Shown: positions 9,386 to 19,068 of the stretch, in pieces | Position numbering within the stretch: the first letter of the stretch is position 1 | Layout: every line of letters begins with the position of its first letter | Made by a program: the position numbers and the translations under genes | Source of the DNA: Alphaproteobacteria bacterium | GTDB taxonomy: Bacteria; Pseudomonadota; Alphaproteobacteria; UBA7887 | Reading direction: 5' to 3' | Assembly (NCBI GenBank): GCA_965216755.1 | Contig: CBDCGL010000011.1 | Span: 2,176,001-2,240,000 of the forward strand | Length of the DNA stretch: 64,000 bases | The notes under the pieces: generated by a model | Databases searched by the model: none | What the model was told of the DNA's origin: nothing | Seen by the model: only the letters and a program-made list of their open reading frames with translations

Positions 9386-10228
9386 TTACTCGGCGTTTGG
9401 CACACGTACGCGCGGCCCAAGCAGGTCGTCGAACTGCGCCTCTTTCTTGGCCTTGTTGGCGGCCAGCTGTCGCATCACATCATCGGTCTGCAACATGCCA
9501 GCCTGCCAAGTCGCGACGTAATTCAAGCCGTCGGCGATTGTATGATCGCGCGCGTAGTTCAGCATTTCCTTGGTTCCGACGATCGCCAGCGGGGATTTCC
9601 GCGCAATCTCCACCGCCATCGCGCGGGCGCCATCGATCAACGCGTCGTGGCTGTCGAACACGGCGTTCACCAGGCCCGCCGTGCGCGCTTCGTCGGCGGG
9701 CAGACGCCGGCCGGTATACGCGAGTTCGCGCACCAAGCCGGACGGAATCAGATATGGCAGACGCTGCAAAGTGCCGACATCCGCCGTGATGCCGATATTG
9801 ATTTCCTGAATACAGAAAAACGCGTCCTTTGTCGCCAGGCGAACATCGCATGCCGACACCAAATCGACCCCGCCGCCAATACAGCCACCTTGGACCGCTG
9901 CGATCACCGGCACGCGGCACCGGTCTATGACCGAAAATGTTTGCTGCATGTCGTGTACGGTGCGTCGCAGGCGCTCGCCACGACGGCCGATATCGCCATC
10001 CGTCTCTGTGAGCGTGTCAAAGACGGCAAGGTCCAACCCTGCGGTAAAATGTCGCCCGGTTGACGAAATCACCGCCACGCGCGCCTCCGGACGCCGGGCG
10101 ATCTCTTCGAATGCCGCGACCATGTCGTCCCAAAACGGCAATGTCATGCTGTTGAACGCTGCCGGGCGCGTCAGCTGCACATGCGCGACATGGTCGCTGA
10201 TCTCGAGCGTCATCGTCTCAAATGGCAT
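9386..10228 (-). CDS. Crotonase/enoyl-CoA hydratase family (dienoyl-CoA isomerase-like)
   Basis: FTAGLDL, GCIGGGVDL, QEINIGITADVGTLQRLP. Confidence 0.9.
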   Translation of the reverse strand: MPFETMTLEISDHVAHVQLTRPAAFNSMTLPFWDDMVAAFEEIARRPEARVAVISSTGRHFTAGLDLAVFDTLTETDGDIGRRGERLRRTVHDMQQTFSVIDRCRVPVIAAVQGGCIGGGVDLVSACDVRLATKDAFFCIQEINIGITADVGTLQRLPYLIPSGLVRELAYTGRRLPADEARTAGLVNAVFDSHDALIDGARAMAVEIARKSPLAIVGTKEMLNYARDHTIADGLNYVATWQAGMLQTDDVMRQLAANKAKKEAQFDDLLGPRVRVPNAE

Positions 10229-10347
10229 CCCATACTCCTTCGTGAACGGCTTGCGTTACAGCAGATCGCCCGCCGACCATGGCTCACCGTGTTGGGCTAA
10301 CCACGAATTTGAGCCGCTCGACCGGCTTGTACGGCGCCATCTCTGGA

Positions 10348-12711
10348 CTATTCCGCGGGCGCCGGTTCGTCGGCTACTTTTTTGGCGGAATCAATCATCA
10401 TCAACAAGGCTGGCAAAAACAGGAAATCTGCCACCAAGGCGACGGCAATGGTAATGGCGCTCAGCAGCCCCATTTCCGCATTGACCCGAAATCCGGAAAA
10501 CGCCAGCACCAAGAACCCGGCCACCAATGTGACCGAAGTGATCCACAGCGCCATGCCCACCGTTGAGAATGCGTAGCGAACCGCGGCTGCCGCAGCGAAA
10601 CCGTGCTCGCGCCGGGCGCGCAAATATTTGCTGAGAAAATGAACCGTATCGTCGACCACAATACCCAATGTCATGGCCACGACGACGGCGACGGCCAGCC
10701 CGACCTGGCCGGCGATAAAGCCCCAAATTCCGAACGCAATCATGGCCGGAAACAGGTTCGGCACCAGGCTGAGTACCCCGATCCGAAAGCTGCGCAAGGC
10801 AAGAATCAACACGCCAGAGATCAAAGCCAAGGCCAGCAGCGATCCAAACAGCATCGAATTGATGTTCCGGTCCGAGATATGGGCGAAAATCAACGATAGT
10901 CCCGTCCCCGGCGTTTGCAGATCAGGCATATTTTCGCGCAGCCAAACTTGCGCGCGATCATTCAAATCACGCATCTCGCGCGACGACATATGGCTGAGCA
11001 ACGCGGTCACGCGCGTTGCTGATTTGGCCACGTTGATCTGGTCGTTCAGGTCCAAGCCATAGGGCAGCGACATTTCGTAAACAAGCAGATATTGCGCAGT
11101 CAGTTCGCGATTCTCCGGCACCCGATAAAAGGTCTTGTCGTCCCCATGCATGCTCATATTGAGCTGCTTGATCACATTTGTCAGCGTGCTGACATGGGCA
11201 ACTTTGGGCTGCGACCGCAACCAGATTGCGAACTCTTCCAGCTTGGCCAAAAAAACAGGATCATTGATTCCGCCTTCTTCGCCGGACGGCACGGAGAATT
11301 CGATCGCGTTAATGCCGGTCAAATTGTCCTCGGTAAAATCCGAATGAACGCGGATGTCAAAGCGGGGATCGAAATATTTGACGAAATCATCATCCAGGAT
11401 AATCCGATTGATGCCCACCGCCGACAAGGCGACGGCCACCACCGTTGCGAATAGTAGGCCGGTCCGTGCACGCACGACGAAATCCGCCAATCGTTCCATA
11501 AAGCGGCGCGACGTGAGCTCGCGCCTGCGCACACGAATCGGCAAAACCGCGATCATGGCCGGCAGAAACGTTACCGACAGCGCAAATGCGACCATAACAC
11601 CCGTGGCCACAATATTGCCGAGCAAACGAAACGGCGGCGCGTCGGAAAAGTTCATACTCAAAAAGCCGATCGCGGTCGTCACACTAGTGATGAAGATCGG
11701 CGACATGTTGATACGTAGGGATTCCACGATGGCATCGTGACGGCCGGCGCCGCGGCTCATTTCCTGACGAATCGTGACCAAGATGTGGACACTGTGAGCC
11801 ACCGACAGGGTCAAAATGATGACCGGCGCCGACATGGTCCCGGCGTTCAAGACCACCAAGAGCCAGCCGGCGAGGCCCATGGTTATGGCAACAGTCATCA
11901 CCACCACCATGACTGTTACCACTGTGCCCATGATCATGCGCAGCGAAATAGCGAGGATCAGGATGATCAGAACCACCATGATCGGAAAAAGAGTGGCCAG
12001 GTCTACCTCCGGCACCTCTGTAAACGCCGCGTCGAACATGACGCCGCCGGTCATATACACGTCGATATCCGGATATCGCGCGCGGAATTTATTAGCCAGC
12101 TCGCGCGCATATGCGACGATCTCGAGGACCTCCGTCGTCGCTTTCGGCGGCTTGATCGTCAACACGCTGACGGCCGTCACCGCACTGTCCGGCGATACCA
12201 ACCGGTTGACCAGGACGGGGCGCGTCAGCGCGATATCCCGTGTTGCCTCGATTGTTTCGGGGGTCAGAGCCAGCGGGTCAGCAACCAGATCCTCGACGAT
12301 CAAATCGTCGCCATCGGCCCGCATATGCTGGTAGTTGGTGATCGAATCGACCCGGCTGGAAAACGGGATTTGCCACGACTCCTCGGTCAACCAATGGACC
12401 GCCTCCAGCACATCGGCGGCAAAAACGTCGCGCCCCTTTGGCGCCAAAACAAATAAAAGATTGTCGTTGCGATTGTAGGTGTTCTCCAGCCGCTCAAGGG
12501 CTAGCAAATGCGGATTGTCGGACGAGAAGAAGACGCGATTGTCTGGATTGTTGGTCAGTTTTTGAGCCCCCATGGCGAGAACGACCGTTGCCACCAGCCA
12601 AAAGATCAGGACCGGCCAGCGTTGCCGTACAACCCATCGGCCGAACGCGTATTCGGTCGTTCCAGATTTGCCGCTTGAATCCGTCACATCCGTCTCCACA
12701 CGATTTTTCAT
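10348..12711 (-). CDS. MMPL/RND-superfamily membrane transporter
   Basis: Two repeats of TM1, periplasmic loop and five TMs; TSVTTAIGF, GIVVDDTVHF. Confidence 0.88.
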   Translation of the reverse strand: MKNRVETDVTDSSGKSGTTEYAFGRWVVRQRWPVLIFWLVATVVLAMGAQKLTNNPDNRVFFSSDNPHLLALERLENTYNRNDNLLFVLAPKGRDVFAADVLEAVHWLTEESWQIPFSSRVDSITNYQHMRADGDDLIVEDLVADPLALTPETIEATRDIALTRPVLVNRLVSPDSAVTAVSVLTIKPPKATTEVLEIVAYARELANKFRARYPDIDVYMTGGVMFDAAFTEVPEVDLATLFPIMVVLIILILAISLRMIMGTVVTVMVVVMTVAITMGLAGWLLVVLNAGTMSAPVIILTLSVAHSVHILVTIRQEMSRGAGRHDAIVESLRINMSPIFITSVTTAIGFLSMNFSDAPPFRLLGNIVATGVMVAFALSVTFLPAMIAVLPIRVRRRELTSRRFMERLADFVVRARTGLLFATVVAVALSAVGINRIILDDDFVKYFDPRFDIRVHSDFTEDNLTGINAIEFSVPSGEEGGINDPVFLAKLEEFAIWLRSQPKVAHVSTLTNVIKQLNMSMHGDDKTFYRVPENRELTAQYLLVYEMSLPYGLDLNDQINVAKSATRVTALLSHMSSREMRDLNDRAQVWLRENMPDLQTPGTGLSLIFAHISDRNINSMLFGSLLALALISGVLILALRSFRIGVLSLVPNLFPAMIAFGIWGFIAGQVGLAVAVVVAMTLGIVVDDTVHFLSKYLRARREHGFAAAAAVRYAFSTVGMALWITSVTLVAGFLVLAFSGFRVNAEMGLLSAITIAVALVADFLFLPALLMMIDSAKKVADEPAPAE

Positions 12712-12721
12712 TGTGCACGTC

Positions 12722-13360
12722 TCAGGGGCGTTTGATCGCCCTCATGTTATTGTCGCGCGCGGCGCTGAGCCCGCGGACCAGCAACGCAACCACATCAGTC
12801 GCCTGCGCTTCCAGCTTCTCCAATTCCGTGCAGCGCACCCAAGAATGATCTTGGAACACTTGCGTCGCCACCAGGATCGTCGCCGCGGTGGCGTCAATAT
12901 CGGGCACGTCGAAGAGCCCCGCGCCAACGCCATCGCGCAGGACATCCGCGATAACGGATTGCACGGCCCGCAAATGGTCTGCGATGAGATCAGGCCGTTC
13001 GGCACACATATGACCGACCAATTCGTCGAGATGCGGATGCCGCGCGACCACGTCCGCGACAAGCCTCAGCTTGGTGTGAACAACCGCCAACAATCGATCC
13101 CGCGGCGACGCGTCGTCGCTGCGTCCGGCGGCGGCGATCAAGCGCTCGGCGTCACCAAACCAGCGCGCCGCACCACTTGCGGCAATGGCGCCTTTGCTGT
13201 TGAAATAGCGATATAAATTGGCGGCCGACATGTTACAATCGCCGGCAATCTCGGCCATCGTCGTCTTGTTGAAGCCATAGCGTTCGAAACGCGCCTGTGC
13301 CGCGATCAAGATCCGCGCTTTCACGTCGTCTTGTGTCGCCGGCGCCAGTATGTCGGGCAT
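12722..13360 (-). CDS. TetR/AcrR family regulator
   Basis: GFNKTTMAEIAGDCNMSAANLYRYFNSK HTH. Confidence 0.9.
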   Translation of the reverse strand: MPDILAPATQDDVKARILIAAQARFERYGFNKTTMAEIAGDCNMSAANLYRYFNSKGAIAASGAARWFGDAERLIAAAGRSDDASPRDRLLAVVHTKLRLVADVVARHPHLDELVGHMCAERPDLIADHLRAVQSVIADVLRDGVGAGLFDVPDIDATAATILVATQVFQDHSWVRCTELEKLEAQATDVVALLVRGLSAARDNNMRAIKRP

Positions 13361-13376
13361 TTCAATATGCGGCTCT

Positions 13377-13407
13377 GTGAATAATCAACAAGATGTTCAG
13401 TATTCAC
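13377..13407. promoter_or_regulatory. Probable TetR operator (inverted repeat)
   Basis: GTGAATAATCAACA-aga-TGTTCAGTATTCAC, 12/14 arm match, 17 bp upstream of the tetR start. Confidence 0.6.
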
Positions 13408-13537
13408 TGATCAACTGGGCAAAGCAACCGTAACAGGCGCAATGGTGGAAATTGGCGGCACACACCTACAGCTATAAGAAGAAGGGTGGTCTGTGTTGGT
13501 GACTGTGACGGGCCGCGTTCCAACTGTATGATGGGCC

Positions 13538-14842
13538 ATGACCAAATCATCGACGCAACCTCGGCCAGCAATGGATTCGGATAAGGACGTCGGCGGCTAT
13601 CTTGAGCTGCTGGCGGTGATTGGTCAGGATTTCGCCACATCTCTGGACGTCGACCGCACCCTCAAGCGGGCGCTCAATCACATCATGACGTACCTCGATG
13701 CCGAGGCCGCGTCGGTGTTTTTGTTGGAAAACGACGACACAGAACTGGTTTGTCGCGTTTGCGTTGGGCCAGTCGATATAACCGGGATCCGGCTGGACCA
13801 TAACCAGGGCATCGTCGGTCAAAGCATCGCCGACAGCGACGTGATCATGGTTAGGGACGCACGGGCCGACCCGCGCTTCAGCGACAAGGTCGACGCCCAG
13901 ACCGGGTTTACAACCCGCTCGATCCTATCGGCGCCACTGACTGTCAAAGAACGCAAGCTTGGCGCACTGGAGCTGATCAACAAGCGCAGCGGCGACGGCC
14001 TGTTCGATGAAGCCGATCGGCAAGTGCTGCGCGCGTTGGCGGCGTCCGCGGCCATGGCCATCAACAATGCGCGCATGACGCTGGCATTGGTCGACCAGGA
14101 ACGTCTGCGACGGGAACTTGACCTGACCGCCGAACTACAGCGCGCCCTGCTGCCCGAGCGACGCCCGGGATCATTTCCCGTTCACGGTATCAACTTGCCG
14201 GCGCGACAGATCTCCGGCGATTTTTATGATTTCTTCGCGTTGCCGGATGGACGGATCTGCTTCAATTTGGGCGATGTGTCGGGCAAGGGCATTAACGCGT
14301 CGCTGATGATGGCCAAGACGATTAGCCTTTACCGATGTTTGGGGAAATCGATCCATAGCCCCGGCCGCCTGATGGGTGTGATCAATACGGAGATCTCCGA
14401 GACCGCGACCCGCGGCATGTTTGTCACCATGGTCGGCGGCATCTACGATCCGAAGACAGACACGGTCTGCCTGGCCAATGCCGGACACGAGCCCCCTATT
14501 CTGATGCGCGCCGATGGGGCCGTCGACGAATTCCCGGCGGAAGCACCTCCACTGGGGATCTCGGCCGCCATCTTTCCGGACGCACGCTATCCGGAGGTCA
14601 CCATTGGCCTTGACGGCGGCGGTTTGTACATCTTCACCGACGGTGTCACGGAGGGCCGCGTTGACGGCGACAACATGCTGGGTCTCGAGGGATTGACCGC
14701 CCTGCTGCGTGAACACGCCAAGTTGTCACCACCGGACAGGCTTGACCGCATCGTCGGTCCGTTTCGCCATGTCGATCAGCCACTGCATGACGATCTGACG
14801 GTTCTTGTGGTTGAACAATTCAGGGGTGGGCGCAAGGCATGA
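13538..14842 (+). CDS. GAF + SpoIIE/PP2C serine phosphatase (RsbU-like)
   Basis: GAF (TGFTTRSILSAPL, ELINK...F...D), coiled linker, ISGDFYD, GDVSGKG, FTDGVTE, HDDLT. Confidence 0.92.
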   Translation: MTKSSTQPRPAMDSDKDVGGYLELLAVIGQDFATSLDVDRTLKRALNHIMTYLDAEAASVFLLENDDTELVCRVCVGPVDITGIRLDHNQGIVGQSIADSDVIMVRDARADPRFSDKVDAQTGFTTRSILSAPLTVKERKLGALELINKRSGDGLFDEADRQVLRALAASAAMAINNARMTLALVDQERLRRELDLTAELQRALLPERRPGSFPVHGINLPARQISGDFYDFFALPDGRICFNLGDVSGKGINASLMMAKTISLYRCLGKSIHSPGRLMGVINTEISETATRGMFVTMVGGIYDPKTDTVCLANAGHEPPILMRADGAVDEFPAEAPPLGISAAIFPDARYPEVTIGLDGGGLYIFTDGVTEGRVDGDNMLGLEGLTALLREHAKLSPPDRLDRIVGPFRHVDQPLHDDLTVLVVEQFRGGRKA

Positions 14843-15294
14843 CCGCACCGACCGTGGCCACACGACCGATGTCTGCACCGACAGGTGAAAACTTGATCGA
14901 AATTCGCTTTCCCGCAAAGCCGGACCGCCTGAAATTGGTGCGCGAAATAATCCGCGGCGCGGCCCAGGTCACCGGTTGCACCCACGACTGTACCGAAGAC
15001 ATTGTTATCGCCATCAACGAAGCCTGCATGAATATCATCCAACACGGCTATCGCGGCGCGCCCGATGGCGCCATAATCCTGGAAGTGTGGCATGATCGGG
15101 ACGAGTTGACGTTCCGGTTGGTCGATTTTGCCGATCCGATCGACCCGGCTTCGGTCAAGGCGAGAAATTTGGAAGACGTGCGACCGGGCGGTTTGGGCTT
15201 GCATTTGATTTCCCAAGTCATGGACGATACGGCCTTCCTGCAACCACCTGACGGCGCGGGCAATGTGCTGCAGATGGTCAAGAGAATTGCTTAA
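14839..15294 (+). CDS. RsbW/SpoIIAB-like anti-sigma serine kinase (HATPase_c_2)
   Basis: N-box EACMNIIQHGY, G2 box RPGGLGLHLI, GNVLQM; ATGA overlap with the phosphatase. Confidence 0.9.
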   Translation: MTAPTVATRPMSAPTGENLIEIRFPAKPDRLKLVREIIRGAAQVTGCTHDCTEDIVIAINEACMNIIQHGYRGAPDGAIILEVWHDRDELTFRLVDFADPIDPASVKARNLEDVRPGGLGLHLISQVMDDTAFLQPPDGAGNVLQMVKRIA

Positions 15295-15317
15295 ACGATG
15301 TTGGGGAAAGCAAAGGC

Positions 15318-15650
15318 ATGGATTGCGATGTAACCGAACGGGGCGGCTTCGCGATCGTGGCGCTAAGCGGCGATATTGATTTTAACAGCTCGCCGCGGGC
15401 ACGTTCGTCTCTGCTGAACTTGGTCGAGCAGAAACGCGACCTGGTGGTCGACCTTGGTGCGGTCGCCTATATCGACAGTTCAGGGGTCGCAAGTCTGATT
15501 GAAGCCTACCAACAAGCCAAGATGTCTGGCACCCGGTTCTCATTGGCCAATGTCGGTGGCTCGCCAATGCGAGTTTTGCAGTTGGCACGATTGGACAAGG
15601 TTTTTCAGATTTACGACTCCGTGGATGCCGCGGTGTCTGGTGCAGGCTAG
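15318..15650 (+). CDS. STAS-domain anti-anti-sigma (RsbV/SpoIIAA-like); possible MlaB-like subunit
   Basis: LSGDIDF, VDLGAVAYIDSSG phosphoacceptor motif, 110 aa. Confidence 0.9.
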   Translation: MDCDVTERGGFAIVALSGDIDFNSSPRARSSLLNLVEQKRDLVVDLGAVAYIDSSGVASLIEAYQQAKMSGTRFSLANVGGSPMRVLQLARLDKVFQIYDSVDAAVSGAG

Positions 15651-15717
15651 CAACGAAGCCGGCGTGGGCGAGACGCGGCGGGGCGTCGAGGCACACAGAT
15701 AAGCAAGACATGACACG

Positions 15718-16563
15718 ATGGCGGACGACGTTGCCCGCGGGGGCTTAGGCGATCTCACTGAGGCCGTCGGTCGTAGGACCATTGGGCTCGGTGCGCGGTT
15801 GCGCCAGGGCATTGAAGAAATCGGCTACGGCGCCGTATTGCTGGCCGAATGCCTTATGTTGTTGGTGGCGGGACGGCCGCTCAATCAGCCGGTTCGCCTG
15901 TACGCCATTGTTGCTGAAATGATGGATATCGGCATCCGCGCGATACCCATCGGCACCCTTCTGTCCTTGGTCATCGGCATTACGCTGGCAATGCAGGGGA
16001 TCGACCTGTTGCGCCGTTTCGGGGCCGAATCCCAAGTGGTGATGGCCGTTGCCCTGGCCGTTGTGCGCGAGTTCTCGCCCCTGATTATTGGGATTTTGGT
16101 CGCCGGTCGTTCTGGATCGGCCCTGACCGCGCGGCTGGGAACGATGAAGATTAGTCAAGAGATCGATGCGCTGCAGGTCATGGGCATCAGTCCGGTTCGG
16201 TTCTTGGTGGTGCCGCCGCTGGTCGCCATGGTGATCATGCTCCCGCTTCTGACATTTTGGTCCGATGTCACGGCAATTTTCGGCGCCGCGGTCTATACAT
16301 GGTTTGATCTCGGCATGTCGCTACAGGCGTTCATAGACACCACCATGGACATCTTGAACGTCAATCACGTCATGCATGGCATTGGCAAGAGCGTCATTTT
16401 TGCCGTCTTGATCACGATCATCGGCGTAACGAACGGCCTGGCGGTGCATGGTGGCGCCGAAGGCGTCGGCCGCGCCACCACCAGGTCGGTGGTAATCGGC
16501 ATTGCCGGCATCATTGTCACCGACATGCTGTTCATTTTGGTGCTGACACGCACTGGTTTTTGA
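15718..16563 (+). CDS. mlaE: MlaE-family ABC permease
   Basis: VREFSPL, AGRSGS, LGTMKISQEIDALQVMG, GGAEGVGRATTRSVV; no N-terminal STAS fusion. Confidence 0.9.
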   Translation: MADDVARGGLGDLTEAVGRRTIGLGARLRQGIEEIGYGAVLLAECLMLLVAGRPLNQPVRLYAIVAEMMDIGIRAIPIGTLLSLVIGITLAMQGIDLLRRFGAESQVVMAVALAVVREFSPLIIGILVAGRSGSALTARLGTMKISQEIDALQVMGISPVRFLVVPPLVAMVIMLPLLTFWSDVTAIFGAAVYTWFDLGMSLQAFIDTTMDILNVNHVMHGIGKSVIFAVLITIIGVTNGLAVHGGAEGVGRATTRSVVIGIAGIIVTDMLFILVLTRTGF

Positions 16564-16564
16564 C

Positions 16565-17365
16565 ATGCCGACGAACGCGGACAAGGGTGGCACGCCACGC
16601 TCGATCATCGAAGTGGAGGGTTTGGTTGCGCAATATCCGGGCAATCCGGAACCGACCCTGCATGGCATTAGCATGCGCGTTCGCGCCGGGGAGATCATGG
16701 TGATCATGGGTGGCAGCGGCTCGGGCAAAAGCACCCTGTTGCGCCACTTGCTGGGCTTGGAAAAGCCTGTTTCAGGCGCGATTCGCGTTCTTGATCAGGA
16801 CCTTGCAAGCCTGGCCACAGGGGAGTTGGCAACCCTGCGCCGGCGTTTTGGAGTGGCGTTTCAGGGCGGTGCGCTGTTCAATTCGATGAACGTTGGCGAC
16901 AACCTTAAATTGCCGCTGCGTGAACTGGCCGACCTCGCGCCCGAACAGATGGACATTATGGTGCGCATGAAGCTCGCCTTTGTCAGCTTGGAACCCCATG
17001 TTGCCAATATGATGCCCGCGGAATTATCGGGTGGCATGTTGAAAAGGGTGGCGTTCGCGCGGGCGATCATGATGGACCCGACCTTGTTGTTTTGTGACGA
17101 GCCATCGGCCGGCTTGGACCCAGCGGTATCGGCTTCGATCGACGATCTGATCTTGCGTTTGCGTGACGCGCTCAACATGACCATCGTGGTGGTGACCCAT
17201 GAGCGGGCCAGTGCGTTCAAGATCGCCGATCGCATCACCATGCTGGACAAGGGTCACATTTTGCAGGTCGGCACCTTGGACGAGCTGCGCGCCAGCGACA
17301 ATCAGCGCATCCACGATTTGCTGGACGGCATCGCCGAGGAAACCGAGGTTGGCGCGTGGATCTGA
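16565..17365 (+). CDS. mlaF: MlaF-like ABC ATPase
   Basis: Walker A GGSGSGKS, FQGGALFNSM, LSGGM, CDEPSAGLDP, VVVTH. Confidence 0.9.
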   Translation: MPTNADKGGTPRSIIEVEGLVAQYPGNPEPTLHGISMRVRAGEIMVIMGGSGSGKSTLLRHLLGLEKPVSGAIRVLDQDLASLATGELATLRRRFGVAFQGGALFNSMNVGDNLKLPLRELADLAPEQMDIMVRMKLAFVSLEPHVANMMPAELSGGMLKRVAFARAIMMDPTLLFCDEPSAGLDPAVSASIDDLILRLRDALNMTIVVVTHERASAFKIADRITMLDKGHILQVGTLDELRASDNQRIHDLLDGIAEETEVGAWI

Positions 17366-17369
17366 TGTT

Positions 17370-18371
17370 ATGAGCCAGCCGCGAGCCAACTATCTGATCG
17401 TCGGCGGATTTGTTTTCGCCTCCCTGGCCGGATTGGTGATCGGCCTGATTTTGTTGGCGGGCCGGTCGGGCGCCACGGACACCTACTACACGCAATATGA
17501 GAATGTCGCCGGACTGAAATTCGGCACGCCGGTGTTTTTTGAAGGCTATCTGGCCGGTCAAGTCATCGCCATAGAGCCGGATACCAACGGCGGTCAGACA
17601 TACTTTCGCGTTGCCTTGGATGTGTCGCGGGAGCTGCGCATTCCCGACGACAGCGTGGCGTTGATCGTGCAACCCAATTTGTTGTCGGGGCGCGCAGTTA
17701 GCATCGCCGCCGGCCGCGCCGAGACCATGGTCGAGCCCGAAGGGACCATCAAGGGTGGCAGCACAACCGGTCTGGCCGCACTGCCAGATCTCGTGGGCAG
17801 CGGTCGCGAGCTCATTGACGAGGGCCGCGCGCTGATGAAGGAATCCGCCGCCGCGATGGCTAAAATCAACAATTGGCTGGACAATGACGCCGCATATATG
17901 GCCGAGCAATATCGCGATTTACCGGCGAGCCTGCGCACGGAAATTGGTTTGGTGGGCGACACGGTTCGGACCCTCATTGGCGACGCGCGTGCCGTGATGG
18001 CACGCGCCAGTTTGTTGCTGAGCGACGACAATATCAACAGTGTCTCGCGCAGCATTCGCAATGTTGAGGCCAGCACTACAGAGATCGCCGAAATCAGTAC
18101 CAAACTGACAAAAATGAGCGACAACGTGCAGGCTATCACGGTTCAATTGCGGGACTTTGTCACCGACAACAAGCCGGATTTGGAGCAAACGATCCTTGAC
18201 CTTCAATTCTCGCTCGCGGTGGTCGCCGAACGGATCGATGCCATCACGCTAAACCTGGAAGGCACAAGTCAGGACATGCGCGAATTTAGTCGACAATTGC
18301 GCATGAATCCGGGCCTGCTATTGGGTGGACGGCCGCCGACCGACGAAGCCGCCCTGACAGACCCGAGATGA
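17370..18371 (+). CDS. MCE (MlaD-family) protein with long C-terminal helical region
   Basis: NYLIVGGFV TM anchor, VAGLKFGTPVFFEG MCE motif, helical tail ending NPGLLL; ATG 17370. Confidence 0.88.
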   Translation: MSQPRANYLIVGGFVFASLAGLVIGLILLAGRSGATDTYYTQYENVAGLKFGTPVFFEGYLAGQVIAIEPDTNGGQTYFRVALDVSRELRIPDDSVALIVQPNLLSGRAVSIAAGRAETMVEPEGTIKGGSTTGLAALPDLVGSGRELIDEGRALMKESAAAMAKINNWLDNDAAYMAEQYRDLPASLRTEIGLVGDTVRTLIGDARAVMARASLLLSDDNINSVSRSIRNVEASTTEIAEISTKLTKMSDNVQAITVQLRDFVTDNKPDLEQTILDLQFSLAVVAERIDAITLNLEGTSQDMREFSRQLRMNPGLLLGGRPPTDEAALTDPR

Positions 18372-19051
18372 CCCAGCGTAAGCACAAGGTTGGCATAGCA
18401 CTTTTCATCGTCGCGATGATGTCGCTGGCGGGCTGCGTTCAACCGCCGGTCCCGGTCGACCGATTTTATCGGCTGGCGATCGACGCGGCGGCACCACGAT
18501 TGGACACACCGGCCCTGTCGGGCACGGTCATCGTCGATCGATTCGACTCAGATTCATTAGTGCGGCAGCGTTCTGTGGTGTTCTCGCAATCGACAAATCC
18601 GCTTGAGCTCCGACAGTACACGTATCACTATTGGGCGCAATCTCCGCCCGTCATGATCCAGGATCGCTTGATCAGCTACCTACGCGCCGCAAACGCCGCG
18701 ACCACTGTTGACGCGCGCGAGGCCCGCCAGGACGCCGGCTGCCGTATCACCGGCGTCATTCGACGATTTGAGCGCGTGCTTGGCGACGACTCAACGGGGG
18801 CCGCCGTGGAAATCGACATGCGCGTGACGCGCGTCAACGATCTCGCCACCCTTTGGCGCCACGACTATGTCGCCGCGGTAGCCGCGCAAAGTGGCGCCAT
18901 GGCAGATACTGTCGCCGCGTTCGATACAGCGATCGCCGTGATATTCGGCGCCTTTGTCGGCCATTTGGCCCAGCAACCGGCGACCTGCCCCACCACGCTC
19001 GGCGCCTCGCCACGCGGGCGCGGCCAACGCCCCGCCCCGACACAGTCCTAA
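18368..19051 (+). CDS. PqiC-like ABC transport auxiliary lipoprotein
   Basis: Lipobox LAGC, FYRL, YHYWAQSP; ATGA overlap with the MCE gene. Confidence 0.82.
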   Translation: MTQRKHKVGIALFIVAMMSLAGCVQPPVPVDRFYRLAIDAAAPRLDTPALSGTVIVDRFDSDSLVRQRSVVFSQSTNPLELRQYTYHYWAQSPPVMIQDRLISYLRAANAATTVDAREARQDAGCRITGVIRRFERVLGDDSTGAAVEIDMRVTRVNDLATLWRHDYVAAVAAQSGAMADTVAAFDTAIAVIFGAFVGHLAQQPATCPTTLGASPRGRGQRPAPTQS

Positions 19052-19068
19052 CCGATGCATTGCCGATT

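Noticed and set aside
17199-17369. Longer start for the MCE gene
   Set aside because: It overlaps mlaF; the family-typical N-terminus begins at ATG 17370.
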